This document shows positions 37,282 through 47,620 of a DNA stretch of 64,000 bases, in pieces (positions within the stretch are counted from its first letter, which is position 1; every line of letters begins with the position of its first letter). The position numbers and the translations under genes were made by a program. The notes beneath the pieces were generated by a model, which made no database searches, had not been told where the DNA came from, and saw only the letters and a program-made list of their open reading frames with translations. The stretch comes from Fibrobacterota bacterium (lineage in GTDB: Bacteria > Fibrobacterota > Chitinivibrionia > Chitinivibrionales > Chitinivibrionaceae): NCBI GenBank assembly GCA_051745065.1, contig JBNJDQ010000001.1:4816-68815 (forward strand). Reading direction: 5' to 3'.

Positions 37282-38058
37282 TTACTGAATAATCGTTCCC
37301 CGGTGGTCATGTGCGGAAAGCTCTCCGCGCAGAGTATGTTCTCCGTACCATCCGGTAATATGAATTCGCTGAACCCCGCGCTGCCGGCAGTCCGCCGCCG
37401 ATCTGAGCTTGGGAATCATCCCTCCCGTAATCTCTCCGGCCTCAATCTGCCTTTCAATATCATCCACACCGAGAACGGAGACGGTCTCTGTGCCAATACG
37501 CACCCCCGCCACATCAGATATATAGATAAGATCATCCACACCGCGGGCAACGGCGATCTCCGCAGCCGCATCATCGGCATTGACGTTGTAGAGCGCCCCT
37601 TCACGATCGCGGGACACCGGCGAGATAACCGGAACATATCCGGCGTCTTCAAGAATATCCGGCAGCGCACCGTCCACCCGATGAATACGACCGACAAAAC
37701 CGATATCCCGGCCTGCAGCGCTGATCCGTTCAGCCTCCAGCATGGCACCGTCCACGCCGCTGATACCGACAGCAGGCACGCCGGCAGTTTCCAGGACATT
37801 GACAATCCGCTTGTTCACCCCGCCGCTCAGGGCCCGCTGAACGGCATCAACGGTATTTGCATCGGTCACCCGCAGACCCTCAACAAACTCAAAGGAGCGC
37901 CCCAGACGTTCAAATTCAGCGGCAATATCCTTGCCACCGCCGTGAACGAGGGTTATTCGATGTGTTTCTTTCACCTCGTGCAGTGAACGGGCCAACTCTT
38001 CCAGAAAACCTTCGCTGTTCACCGTTGATCCGCCGATTTTTATTAATACATTCCGCAT
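37282..38058 (-). CDS. argB: Acetylglutamate kinase
   Basis: LIKIGGS, VHGGGKDI, GLRVTD, YNVNADD and GGMIPKL motifs; start at ATG 38058. Confidence 0.92.
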   Translation of the reverse strand: MRNVLIKIGGSTVNSEGFLEELARSLHEVKETHRITLVHGGGKDIAAEFERLGRSFEFVEGLRVTDANTVDAVQRALSGGVNKRIVNVLETAGVPAVGISGVDGAMLEAERISAAGRDIGFVGRIHRVDGALPDILEDAGYVPVISPVSRDREGALYNVNADDAAAEIAVARGVDDLIYISDVAGVRIGTETVSVLGVDDIERQIEAGEITGGMIPKLRSAADCRQRGVQRIHITGWYGEHTLRGELSAHDHRGTIIQ

Positions 38059-38059
38059 T

Positions 38060-38686
38060 CTACCCCTGCTCCCCCTGTTGATCCACCGCAAACATCAAGC
38101 TGTTCAGCTCCCCCTCCACACAGTAGCTGGTAACCATGCAGCCCGCAATGGGACTGAGTATGATAGGGGCAAAATTCAGCACCCCGGCAATCCCTGCATC
38201 AGCCATGAGCCGATATGACTCCTGGGCCACCCGCTCGGGAACGGCAAGAATACCGATCTGAGCCCCCGTATCCCCGACAACGGTCTTCAGATCGTTCAAG
38301 TGATACACGGGCACCGCTCCATGGGGAGCGATCTTGGCCGGATCGATATCAAAGGCGGCACAAACTTCGATATTCTGCTTATGAAAACCGTTGTAATTGG
38401 CAAGGGCACTGCCGATTCGCCCATAACCAACAATCACCACCCGCCGGGGGACGTCGTTACGAAAGATCTCGTCCATGCGGTCAACCAGTTCACCGATAAC
38501 ATATCCGGCCTTTTTGTTGCCTTTAATGTTAAAAAGAGAGAAATCCTTGCGCACCTGGGAAGACGTTACACCGAGACGCTCGGCCAGGGTATCTGAATAA
38601 ATACGGGTTACCCCGTCCTCCTGCAGACGCAGAAGGAGGTTTTTATAGTGGAAAAGACGCTGAACAGCTTTTTTGTTAACCTTCAT
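38060..38686 (-). CDS. rex: Redox-sensing transcriptional repressor Rex
   Basis: RLFHYKNLL, SSQVRKDFSLF...GY winged helix, VGYGRIGSAL Rossmann motif, GVLNFAP. Confidence 0.9.
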   Translation of the reverse strand: MKVNKKAVQRLFHYKNLLLRLQEDGVTRIYSDTLAERLGVTSSQVRKDFSLFNIKGNKKAGYVIGELVDRMDEIFRNDVPRRVVIVGYGRIGSALANYNGFHKQNIEVCAAFDIDPAKIAPHGAVPVYHLNDLKTVVGDTGAQIGILAVPERVAQESYRLMADAGIAGVLNFAPIILSPIAGCMVTSYCVEGELNSLMFAVDQQGEQG

Positions 38687-38826
38687 GTATCTCTGACTGA
38701 ACTGAATAATTATATTTGTAAAAAATAGTTTCTGCTGAAGTGAATATAAAAAGAGAAAAAATATTCAGCAGGAGAGCATGAATAACTTATTTTCAATTGA
38801 TTTCTATTTTATAACAAAAGGGTTAG

Positions 38827-39285
38827 ATGCAGCCGTATCTTGCAGTTCCCGTTATTGCCGGCCTGACAGCAGGAGCCGGAATTGTGGTCGGAGCACACCG
38901 TCTGCTGCAGGCGTTCCTGCGCAAACGGCGCCGCCAGTCCGAGGAACAGACAATAAAAAATACAACATTCATCCTGAAAAACGACATCACTGCAGGTCAT
39001 CTCCGGGAGGATCTCTTTGCCCTCTGTGAAGACAGGCGGACAGGTGTCTTTCACCTGACCATCGGCAGACGCAAGGGGTATCTGGTTTTTCGGGACGGTT
39101 CCGTCCTGGATATATATTACCGTGAATCCAAAGGGCGTCCGGCCCTGGCGCGCATTCTCTCGCAAAAAGAGGGGAAATATTATTTCGAACCGCGGGCAAT
39201 TCACCATCCCGATGTCTTCCACGAAGATCTTCGGGAACTCATATCTCTATATAATGAGAGTACAGGTAAGTTTCAAATAAAATAA
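38827..39285 (+). CDS. N-terminal TM + DUF4388/PATAN-like domain protein
   Basis: TM helix followed by the RRTGVFHL...GYLVFRDG...EGKYYF pattern. Confidence 0.55.
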   Translation: MQPYLAVPVIAGLTAGAGIVVGAHRLLQAFLRKRRRQSEEQTIKNTTFILKNDITAGHLREDLFALCEDRRTGVFHLTIGRRKGYLVFRDGSVLDIYYRESKGRPALARILSQKEGKYYFEPRAIHHPDVFHEDLRELISLYNESTGKFQIK

Positions 39286-39296
39286 AAGGATGAAAC

Positions 39297-40244
39297 ATGT
39301 TTGGAGAGATGAAGATTTTCTCAGGCAGAGCAAACCCGGAACTGGCTGAATCGATCTGCCGTCGTGCCGGTGTCACCCCCGGCGAGATCGAAATCATGAA
39401 GTTCAGCAACGAAAACCTTAAAGTGTCCTTCAAGGAAAGTGTTCGCGGCAAGGATGTCTATCTTGTCCAGCCTTCGTGCACGCCCGTCAACGAAGGGCTC
39501 ATGGAACTGTTGATTATGATCAATGCCGCCAAGCACGCCAGTGCCGGGCGCATTACTGCAGTGGTTCCGTATTTCCCCTATGTCCGTTCGGACAAAAAGG
39601 ATGAGCCGCGCATTGCAATTACGGCAAAACTGGTAGCGGACCTGATTCAGACTGCCGGCGCCGACCGGGTGATGACCATGAACCTTCATTCTCCGCAGAT
39701 TCAGGGGTTCTTTAATTTTCCCTGCGACCATCTTCTGGCCGGCAAGATCCTCTGTGATGCCTGCACAGATTTCGGCACCGAAAACGGTGTTGTTGTCGCC
39801 CCCGATGCGGGCAGTGCAAAGCATGCCGGACATTACGCCCGACGCCTGAATCTTCCCCTGGCAATACTTGACAAACGCCGGTCGGACGATTCTGAATCCC
39901 CGGTTATGGAAAACATCATCGGTGATGTCGAAGGCAAGAAGGCCTTTATTTTCGATGACGAAGTTGCTTCCGGCGGCTCCCTGATTGAAGCGGCGGAGAT
40001 GCTTGAAAAGAACGGCGTAACTGAAATCATCGCCCTCTGTGTTCACGGCGTACTCTCCTCAAACGCCAAGGAGCGCATCCTCAACTCGGGTATCCAGAAA
40101 CTGGTTGTCACGGATACCGTCCATATCGCCGATGAGAAAAAGCATGAAAAGCTCGAAATTGTCACCGTGGCGGAACTTTTTGCAAAAGCAATAATGTATA
40201 CCAACTCGGGACGCTCAATCAGCGGGCTTTACACCCAGTACTAA
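39297..40244 (+). CDS. prs: Ribose-phosphate pyrophosphokinase
   Basis: PYFPYVRSDKK, VAPDAGS, LDKRR and FDDEVASGGS motifs. Confidence 0.95.
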   Translation: MFGEMKIFSGRANPELAESICRRAGVTPGEIEIMKFSNENLKVSFKESVRGKDVYLVQPSCTPVNEGLMELLIMINAAKHASAGRITAVVPYFPYVRSDKKDEPRIAITAKLVADLIQTAGADRVMTMNLHSPQIQGFFNFPCDHLLAGKILCDACTDFGTENGVVVAPDAGSAKHAGHYARRLNLPLAILDKRRSDDSESPVMENIIGDVEGKKAFIFDDEVASGGSLIEAAEMLEKNGVTEIIALCVHGVLSSNAKERILNSGIQKLVVTDTVHIADEKKHEKLEIVTVAELFAKAIMYTNSGRSISGLYTQY

Positions 40245-40292
40245 ACCATAGATGCGGGGGCGCACCCCGCATCTGCAAACAGGACAGACCAC

Positions 40293-40907
40293 ATGGAACA
40301 CCTTCAGGTTCACCCGGAAACACCGCAGGACCGGATTATTACTGCCGCCGCCGATACAATGCTGCGCGGCGAAGGCATTGGTATATACCCCACGGATACC
40401 GTCTACGGCGTGGGGTGTACTGTCAGCAACCATAAGAAGATTAAAGAAATTGCAAAGATTTTGCACAAAGATCGGGAGCGAAAATTCTCTTTTCTTCTTC
40501 CTTCAATCTCCCAGGCCAATGAATATGCCGAAATAAGCACCGCCAATTTTAAAATACTGAAGCGCTGCACTCCCGGCCCCTTTACATTCATTCTTCCGGC
40601 ATCGCATTTTGTAAAGAAACGTATCTCCAAGAAACGAAAATACATCGGCCTGCGAATTCCGGATAACACCGTACTGCAGCGTCTTCTCCACGAAGTGAAG
40701 GCCCCCCTGGCAAACATTTCCCTCAACACTCCCGGCGAAAACCGGGGGGATCCGGAGCGCTTCATGACACCGGAAGTACTCAACGGCGTCGACTTTCTTC
40801 TTGATGCCGGAACACTGCCCGAAGCAGGGCCGTCAACAATCATTGACCTGACCGGTACGGAACCGGCTCTTCTCAGACAGGGAAAGGGAGTATGGCATGA
40901 GCAGTAA
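40293..40907 (+). CDS. Sua5/YciO/YrdC-family protein (TsaC-like)
   Basis: YPTDTVYG, PGPFTFIL, IGLRIPD and STIIDLT motifs; YciO-like subgroup. Confidence 0.85.
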   Translation: MEHLQVHPETPQDRIITAAADTMLRGEGIGIYPTDTVYGVGCTVSNHKKIKEIAKILHKDRERKFSFLLPSISQANEYAEISTANFKILKRCTPGPFTFILPASHFVKKRISKKRKYIGLRIPDNTVLQRLLHEVKAPLANISLNTPGENRGDPERFMTPEVLNGVDFLLDAGTLPEAGPSTIIDLTGTEPALLRQGKGVWHEQ

Positions 40908-41682
40908 TCTGGAGCGTCTGCAACAGATTGTGGCAGACCTGCGCCACCCCGAACGCGGCTGCCCCTGGGATATTCAGCAAACCCATGCCTCAATTCTGGA
41001 AAACCTCATCGAGGAATCCTACGAATTCATCGACGCCGTGGAGCAGGCTGATACGCATCACATGCGCGAGGAACTCGGGGATATTCTCCTGCAGATTATG
41101 CTGCACACCCGTATGGCCGAAGAATCCGGCTCCTTCACCCTTGATGATGTGGCACGGGAGATCGCCGATAAACTGGTTCGCCGTCACCCCCATGTCTTCG
41201 GCACGGCAGCGGCAGATTCCACGGAAGAGGTCCTGAAAAACTGGGACGCAATCAAAGCAGCGGAAAAAGGCAAGGAACACCGCCGCTCCGTCCTTGACGG
41301 TATTCCCCGCCATCTTCCGGGCCTGCAGAAGGCACAGAAAATTCAGAAGAAAGCCGAAAAAACAGGCTTTGACTGGGAAGACGCAGCTCCGGCCCTGGAT
41401 AAGGTCGAAGAAGAATTCGGCGAATTTCGCGAAGCCCTTGCAGAAGGTCGTCGTGAGAAAGCAGTTAAAGAGTTTGGTGATATTCTTTTTTCCCTTGTAA
41501 ATGTGGCCCGCAAGGAAGGGTTCTCCGCTGACGAAGCCCTGCGTGCATCATCGAAAATCTTTGAACGCCGATTTCGCGCCATTGAAGACCATTTTGAATA
41601 TGACCATTCCGCAATGAAACAGGCGGGCCTGAAAGAACTGGATGCTCTCTGGGATGCAATAAAGAAAAGCGAACAACCGTAA
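40897..41682 (+). CDS. mazG: Nucleoside triphosphate pyrophosphohydrolase MazG
   Basis: GCPWD, EESYE, EELGDILLQ, KLVRRHPHVF and second domain EFGDILF. Confidence 0.95.
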   Translation: MSSNLERLQQIVADLRHPERGCPWDIQQTHASILENLIEESYEFIDAVEQADTHHMREELGDILLQIMLHTRMAEESGSFTLDDVAREIADKLVRRHPHVFGTAAADSTEEVLKNWDAIKAAEKGKEHRRSVLDGIPRHLPGLQKAQKIQKKAEKTGFDWEDAAPALDKVEEEFGEFREALAEGRREKAVKEFGDILFSLVNVARKEGFSADEALRASSKIFERRFRAIEDHFEYDHSAMKQAGLKELDALWDAIKKSEQP

Positions 41683-41946
41683 TTGCCCGCCTTTCATCAA
41701 CCGATGTAATCTTATGCTCAAGGAGATATCAATACTTCTAAGATACATCAGGCATCATAAAATTTCTGTGCGGTACGTCACACAACACTCGTAATAATTA
41801 TTTTTTTCAGTCACTCCCCGGTCAAAAACCACTTTCATTATCAGGCATGGTCAATAATATCTACTTTTTCGCCAAAAAAGCAAAGTTTCCTCATGGAAAA
41901 AAGCAGTTCCTGCGAACAGCCTGAATGCTTCCGGAATCCCCACCCC

Positions 41947-42012
41947 TTACTCTTCCGGACGAAGGAGAGGAAAGAGGACCACCTTACGCACGGTCTTTGC
42001 ATCCGTAAGGAA
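41947..42012 (-). repeat. Diverged duplicate of the lysS 3' end (probable attachment-site scar)
   Basis: Encodes FLTDAKTVRKVVLFPLLRPEE* versus lysS LLTDAKTLRDVVLFPLLRPEE* (42639-42704); 56/66 nt identical. Confidence 0.85.
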
Positions 42013-42585
42013 ACATCTGTCAAAAATGAAACACCATGCCCTACACGGTTACCACCCCATACTATACCCGAAATAAACACATTAAAAAAACCTGAAATAT
42101 AAAAACAAAGCAAAAACAGTTCCGGAATTCAAAAGACAGGGCATTTTTTTCTGTAAACTACGAGCTGTCTATAGAATTTCACGGGGAGCGTGACCATCGT
42201 AAAAAACAGCGGGCCGGACATGATATTAATTCAAAGAATCCTCAGCTCCCTTCATCTGCGACACTCGGAAAAAGGGGGCAGGGACACCGAATGAATTTGA
42301 AGAAATTATTTTCCAGGATGGCACCCCATGTTAAAGATTCTGCTATCATAACAAAATCAGGCATTTTCTTATGAACTCCACGGAGAAGTTACAGATTGTT
42401 TTCAAGTGTTTTACCATTGTTTAATGCAGGGTGTTGTGGTGGAAAGGGCTTATCAAATCAAAGATGGTTCATTGGGTCGCATGGCGCCCTCCGCGCTTCG
42501 CAGAGCCATTAAGACCCTCATACCAACCACCAATCACCCAAAACATTTCACAGCATCTGGGGCAATCCTCTGAACACGTCCCCAT

Positions 42586-42613
42586 AAAAAAGGACTGCCC
42601 AAAGGACAGCCCT
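42586..42613 (-). terminator. Intrinsic terminator of lysS
   Basis: Minus strand AGGGCTGTCC-TTT-GGGCAGTCCT-TTTTT (10 bp including G-U pairs). Confidence 0.75.
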
Positions 42614-42638
42614 GAAACAGATTCGATACCGCTCTCTC

Positions 42639-44114
42639 TTACTCTTCCGGACGAAGCAGGGGAAAGAGCACCACATCACGCAAAGTTTTTGCATCCGTGA
42701 GGAGAGCAACAATACGATCAACCCCCATTCCCCACCCGGACATGGGAGGCATACCGTACTCCATACAGTGCAGGAAATCCTCATCGATATCCATGGCATC
42801 CTCATCACCGGCCTCGCGGGCGGCAAGCTGCTGCTGAAAGCGCCCGCGCTGATCCACGGGGTCAACCAGCTCGGAGTAGGCGTTTATCACCTCCCAGCCG
42901 TTAATAACCAGCTGGAAACGATCGGTCTCCTTCTCGTTGTCATCACTCTGACGGGCCAGGGGGGACAGATCCAGGGGATGCTTAATAATAAAAAGCGGAT
43001 TGATAATCGAAGGACGGGATACCTTTTTATACAGCAGATCAATAAGCGTTCCGCGGCCGCAGGTATCGATATCCGCGTCATCATCAAGGCGGATATTCTT
43101 CTCTTTCATGGCGGCAAGAATATCCTCGCGGGTCGGGCACTCATAGATATCAATGCCGCAGTCACGCAGGATAAGATCACGAAAAGAAACCCGCGGCCAC
43201 TCACCGCTGAAATCGATCTTCTTTTCGTCATATTCAACCTCAAGAGAGCCCTTGATCTTTTGCACAAGATCCTTCATGAGCTTTTCCGTAAAGTTCATAT
43301 TATCTTCATAGTTCCAGTAGGAAGCATAATACTCCAAAAGGGTAAAATCCGGCAGATGAGATGCATCAACACCTTCGTTGCGAAAGGAGCGGGCAAATTC
43401 ATAGACCCGTTCAAAGCCCCCCGCCGCCGCACGCTTGAGATAGGTTTCGGGGGCAATACGAAGATACACATCGATATCCAGAGCATTGTTATGAGTCACA
43501 AAGGGGCGGGCCATTGCCCCGCTGGCTTTATTGGTAAGCACCGGCGTATCTATCTCAATGAAGTCATGGGAATCAAGAAAGTTGCGAATTGTTTTAATAA
43601 CCTTTGAGCGGGTTTTAAAGCGCTGCATTACTTCTTCATTGCTGATCAGCTCAAGATAGCGGCGGCGCAGCTTCAGTTCAGAATCGGTCATGCCGTGAAA
43701 TTTTTCCGGCAGTGGGCGCAGGGCCTTGGAGAGGAATTTCCACTCCCTGACATTCAGGGTTTTCTCACCGGTACGGGTAATCATCATTTCCCCCTCCAGG
43801 CCGACAAAATCCCCGAGATCCGCAATCTTTTTAAACTCCCTGAAGCGCTCTCCAAGAACTTTTTTCTGCATGGCAAACTGAATCTTACCTTCAAATCCAA
43901 AGATATGGGCAAAGATCAGATTCCCCATCTTGCGCATGGCAACAATCCGTCCCGCAAGGCGGACACCGACGGTACCTTCCTCCAGCTCATGGGCCTGCGC
44001 TATGGAGTGGGTCACCTCATACCGGTCTGCGTAGGGATGCTCGCCGATCTCTTTGATTGTATCAATTTTATCAAGACGGATACTCATCTGTTCGTTCATT
44101 TTTTCTCTGGCCAC
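42639..44114 (-). CDS. lysS: Lysyl-tRNA synthetase class II
   Basis: LRIAPETYLK, FRNEG, YEFAR, EVINAYSEL and YGMPPMSGWGMGVDR motifs. Confidence 0.97.
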   Translation of the reverse strand: MAREKMNEQMSIRLDKIDTIKEIGEHPYADRYEVTHSIAQAHELEEGTVGVRLAGRIVAMRKMGNLIFAHIFGFEGKIQFAMQKKVLGERFREFKKIADLGDFVGLEGEMMITRTGEKTLNVREWKFLSKALRPLPEKFHGMTDSELKLRRRYLELISNEEVMQRFKTRSKVIKTIRNFLDSHDFIEIDTPVLTNKASGAMARPFVTHNNALDIDVYLRIAPETYLKRAAAGGFERVYEFARSFRNEGVDASHLPDFTLLEYYASYWNYEDNMNFTEKLMKDLVQKIKGSLEVEYDEKKIDFSGEWPRVSFRDLILRDCGIDIYECPTREDILAAMKEKNIRLDDDADIDTCGRGTLIDLLYKKVSRPSIINPLFIIKHPLDLSPLARQSDDNEKETDRFQLVINGWEVINAYSELVDPVDQRGRFQQQLAAREAGDEDAMDIDEDFLHCMEYGMPPMSGWGMGVDRIVALLTDAKTLRDVVLFPLLRPEE

Positions 44115-44342
44115 GAAACACCTCGTTTTTTGTATTTTCCTTTCGTATAAAATACGTTATGTCTTTAATAAATTAACACTCTCCTGAAGATTTATCCAAT
44201 CTCATGATTTGTATACGCCTACACCATCAGGGCGCAGACGGTTTCAGAAAGGGACGGCAATTTCTTTTTTTTATGATATACTATCTCTTTGGAATTGAAA
44301 TTATGTATACTATTACTATAGTACAAAAAACCAGGAGGTTCA

Positions 44343-44948
44343 ATGGAAGGTAAAATCTCTCAGCTTGCTGAGAAACTTCTGAACGAAGGTGTAAAAGAGG
44401 GGGAAGACGAAAAAGAAAAGATTATCGATTCTGCCCGTACCGAAGCAGAGTCCATAATCGATCAGGCCCATAAGAAGGCTGCGGAGATCACGGACACGGC
44501 AAAAAAAGAAGCTGACGAAATGAAGAGCAATGCCGAATCGGAAATCCAGCTTGCGGGAAATCAGTTTATCAGCACGCTGAAACAGAAAATCACCGGCATT
44601 ATTACCTATCGCACCGTGGATGAGCCTGTTCAATCCGCTCTTTCCGATGACAGTGTCATGGCCGAATACATCAAAAGTGCCCTGGCAAACTGGCAGGGTG
44701 ACGAAAGCTCTCTTGACCTGATCCTCCCGGAAAGCACCAAGGCAGAGATGGAGAAAAAGTTGGTTCCGGCCCTTCAGAAAGAGCTTGATTCAAAGGTTGA
44801 GATCCGCTTCTCAGAGGATCTCAAGGGTGGTTTTCAGATTGAATCTGCCGACGCGGGATACAAGATTACCTTTTCCACGGCGGATTTTGCTCAATTCTTC
44901 GGCGAATACCTCCGCCCGAAAATCCGCAACATCCTTTTCGGCGAGTAA
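44343..44948 (+). CDS. atpE: V/A-type ATP synthase subunit E
   Basis: Coiled-coil N-terminus, GGFQIES...YKITF, YLRPK; first gene of the operon. Confidence 0.85.
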   Translation: MEGKISQLAEKLLNEGVKEGEDEKEKIIDSARTEAESIIDQAHKKAAEITDTAKKEADEMKSNAESEIQLAGNQFISTLKQKITGIITYRTVDEPVQSALSDDSVMAEYIKSALANWQGDESSLDLILPESTKAEMEKKLVPALQKELDSKVEIRFSEDLKGGFQIESADAGYKITFSTADFAQFFGEYLRPKIRNILFGE

Positions 44949-44952
44949 GCCT

Positions 44953-45750
44953 ATGAGCAGCAGCTACTATTACCTTGTTGCAGGGTTGCCGGATATTATT
45001 CGGGGCGGCGGCAAAAAAAAGGTTCCCTACGGTGATCTGCGCGAGCTTATCGCCTCGCAGGTATCGGAGGAAGACAAAAGGGCCGTGGCGTGGGTCAGTC
45101 ACCGCTACGACAACGACAACCTTCTTGCCCTGCTGCGGGAAAAATCCTTTTTCGACCCCCGGGGGTTCTACTCACGGGAAGTGCTGGAATTCCGTCTGGA
45201 GAACCCCGACACCCTCCCGCAATACATGCAGGATTTTCTTGCTGCCCGCAAGGAGGATCGCCAGATATTTCCGCATTTGGAAGAGGACGAGCAGCTTGCG
45301 GCGCTCTACTTTTCGCAGCTGAAAACACAGAAAAACACGTTTTTGCGCCGCTGGGCGGAGATTGAACTGAATCTGCGCAACTTTACGGCGGGACTGAACG
45401 CCCGGGAACTGGAACTGCCCCTGGAAAAGAGCGTTCTCCCTGTGAACGAAACATCAGAACGGATACTTGCAAGCAGCTCCTCTGACTTCGGCCTTTCGGG
45501 GCAGTTTTCCTGGGCGGAAGAGATACTATCGAAACTCAATCAGCCCATCGCCCTGGAACACGCCCTTGACAGCACCGTTTGGAATGAACTGGAAGAGCTG
45601 ACTGAAGGGCACTGGTTCAGTATTGAAGTGGTTCTCTCTTTCCTTATCCGCCTGAATACAATACAGAGATGGCAGAATATCGACCCCGAAACGGCGCGGA
45701 AAAAACTGGACAGCATACTGAAGAATATTAAGTCTGCGGTGCAGCTGTAA
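44953..45750 (+). CDS. V/A-type ATPase subunit C-like protein (DUF2764)
   Basis: YYYLVAGLPD start and FSIEVVLSFLIRL end; lies between subunits E and A as in Bacteroidetes/spirochaete-type operons. Confidence 0.75.
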   Translation: MSSSYYYLVAGLPDIIRGGGKKKVPYGDLRELIASQVSEEDKRAVAWVSHRYDNDNLLALLREKSFFDPRGFYSREVLEFRLENPDTLPQYMQDFLAARKEDRQIFPHLEEDEQLAALYFSQLKTQKNTFLRRWAEIELNLRNFTAGLNARELELPLEKSVLPVNETSERILASSSSDFGLSGQFSWAEEILSKLNQPIALEHALDSTVWNELEELTEGHWFSIEVVLSFLIRLNTIQRWQNIDPETARKKLDSILKNIKSAVQL

Positions 45751-45778
45751 CTGAAAATCAACGGAAGGAATACAATAC

Positions 45779-47620
45779 ATGGGAACAAAAGGTACTATTA
45801 AAGCGATTGTATCAAATCTTGTAACCATAGAAGTGGACGGTCCGGTCGGGCAGAACGAGATCTGCTACATCAACCACCGGGGCACAGATCTTATGGCTGA
45901 GGTAATCAAGGTGGAAGGGGAAAACGTTTCCGCCCAGGTCTTTGAATCAACCCGCGGTCTTGTTGTGGGTACCCAGGTGCGCTTCACGCGGGAAATGCTT
46001 TCAGCAACTCTCGGGCCCGGCCTGCTTTCCAAAACCTATGACGGCCTGCAAAATGACCTGAAAAAGATGGACGGCGTCTTTTTAAGCAAAGGCGACTACA
46101 CAGATCCCCTTGAAGGGGACAGAAAATGGGAGTACGCCCCGCTTGCTTCTGCAGGAGATACGGTGGAAGCCGGATCGTGGATTGCCAAAGTCAAGGAAAA
46201 CTGGCTTGATCATAAAATCATGGTTCCCTTTAATTTCACCGGAAAGGGCACCGTAAAATCAATCATCCCTGCCGGCGAGTACAAAGCCGACGACGAGATT
46301 GCCGTGGTGACCGATGCTGACGGCAAAGATCATTCCCTGACCATGATCATGCGCTGGCCCGTGAAAGAAAGTATCAAGGCCTATAAGAACAAGCCACGCC
46401 CCAAAAAGCTCTTCAAGACGGGGGTGCGTGCAATCGATACGCTCAACCCCATCGCCGAGGGTGGAACCGGCTTTATCCCCGGTCCTTTCGGCGCCGGTAA
46501 GACCGTTTTACAGCATGCCCTGTCCATGCACGCCGAAGCGGATATCATCGTAATGGTGGCCTGTGGTGAACGGGCGAACGAGGTTGTGGAAATCTTTACG
46601 GAATTTCCGGAGCTGGAAGACCCAAAAACCGGGCGCAAACTGATGGAACGGACAATCATTATTGCCAACACCTCAAACATGCCCGTCGCCGCCCGTGAGG
46701 CATCGGTTTATACCGGTATGACCATCGCCGAATACTATCGTTCCATGGGCAAAAAAGTGCTTCTTCTGGCGGATTCAACGTCCCGCTGGGCTCAGGCCCT
46801 GCGGGAGATGTCCAACCGAATGGAAGAACTTCCCGGACAGGACGCGTTCCCCATGGACCTGTCAGCAATTATCTCCAACTTTTATGCCCGTAACGGCTAT
46901 GTTGATCTCACCAACGGAGAAGCCGGTTCAATCACCTTTCTGGGAACGGTCTCCCCCGCCGGCGGTAACCTGAAGGAGCCGGTTACGGAATCCACCAAGA
47001 AGGCGGCCCGCTGTTTTTACGCCTTGGTTCAGGAGCGCGCCGACAGTAAGCGATACCCCGCAATCGACCCCATCGAAAGCTACTCCAAGTATCTGGAGTA
47101 CCCCGAAGTTGCCGCCGATATGGATGAGCAGATTCAAAATGGGTGGAGTAATATTATCGTGGAAATGAAGGATATTCTTCTGCGAAGCAAAGAATCCCGT
47201 GAACAGATCAACATCCTCGGTGATGACGGCGTCCCCATTGAGTACCATGTTATCTTCAACAAGGGCGAGCTCATTGACTTTGCGATTCTTCAGCAGGATG
47301 CCTTCAATGAGATTGATGCATCCACTCCGATAGAACGGCAGTCGTACATGGTAAACATTGTTATGAATATCTGCCGTTTCTCCTTTGATTTCGACAATTT
47401 TGAAGATGTGGGCAGTTATTTCAGGAAGCTGATTAACTACCTCAAGCAGATGAATTACCAGGAGTTCAAAAGCGATGAATTTTTACGCCTGAAGGGTGAG
47501 CTGGAAAAGCTGGTGGCATCACGGAAAGTCAACTTCTCCGATAAAGAGAAACAAGCCGATGAATCACTTGAACTTGAGCTTGAGCTCGAGGGAAAAGAGT
47601 ACGGAGGTACTGACAAATGA
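45779..47620 (+). CDS. atpA: V/A-type ATP synthase subunit A
   Basis: Walker A GPFGAGKT, ACGERANE, DSTSRWAQALRE and RYPAID motifs. Confidence 0.96.
   Translation: MGTKGTIKAIVSNLVTIEVDGPVGQNEICYINHRGTDLMAEVIKVEGENVSAQVFESTRGLVVGTQVRFTREMLSATLGPGLLSKTYDGLQNDLKKMDGVFLSKGDYTDPLEGDRKWEYAPLASAGDTVEAGSWIAKVKENWLDHKIMVPFNFTGKGTVKSIIPAGEYKADDEIAVVTDADGKDHSLTMIMRWPVKESIKAYKNKPRPKKLFKTGVRAIDTLNPIAEGGTGFIPGPFGAGKTVLQHALSMHAEADIIVMVACGERANEVVEIFTEFPELEDPKTGRKLMERTIIIANTSNMPVAAREASVYTGMTIAEYYRSMGKKVLLLADSTSRWAQALREMSNRMEELPGQDAFPMDLSAIISNFYARNGYVDLTNGEAGSITFLGTVSPAGGNLKEPVTESTKKAARCFYALVQERADSKRYPAIDPIESYSKYLEYPEVAADMDEQIQNGWSNIIVEMKDILLRSKESREQINILGDDGVPIEYHVIFNKGELIDFAILQQDAFNEIDASTPIERQSYMVNIVMNICRFSFDFDNFEDVGSYFRKLINYLKQMNYQEFKSDEFLRLKGELEKLVASRKVNFSDKEKQADESLELELELEGKEYGGTDK

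Noticed and set aside
38687-38826. Possible Rex operator or inverted repeat upstream of rex
   Set aside because: There is no good match to TTGTGAA-N4-TTCACAA; the TGCTGAA/TTCAGCA pairing is weak in AT-rich DNA.
42424-42573. 49-aa ORF MQGVVVERAYQIKDG... inside the lysS scar
   Set aside because: No clear RBS or recognisable motif; it cannot be supported as a gene.
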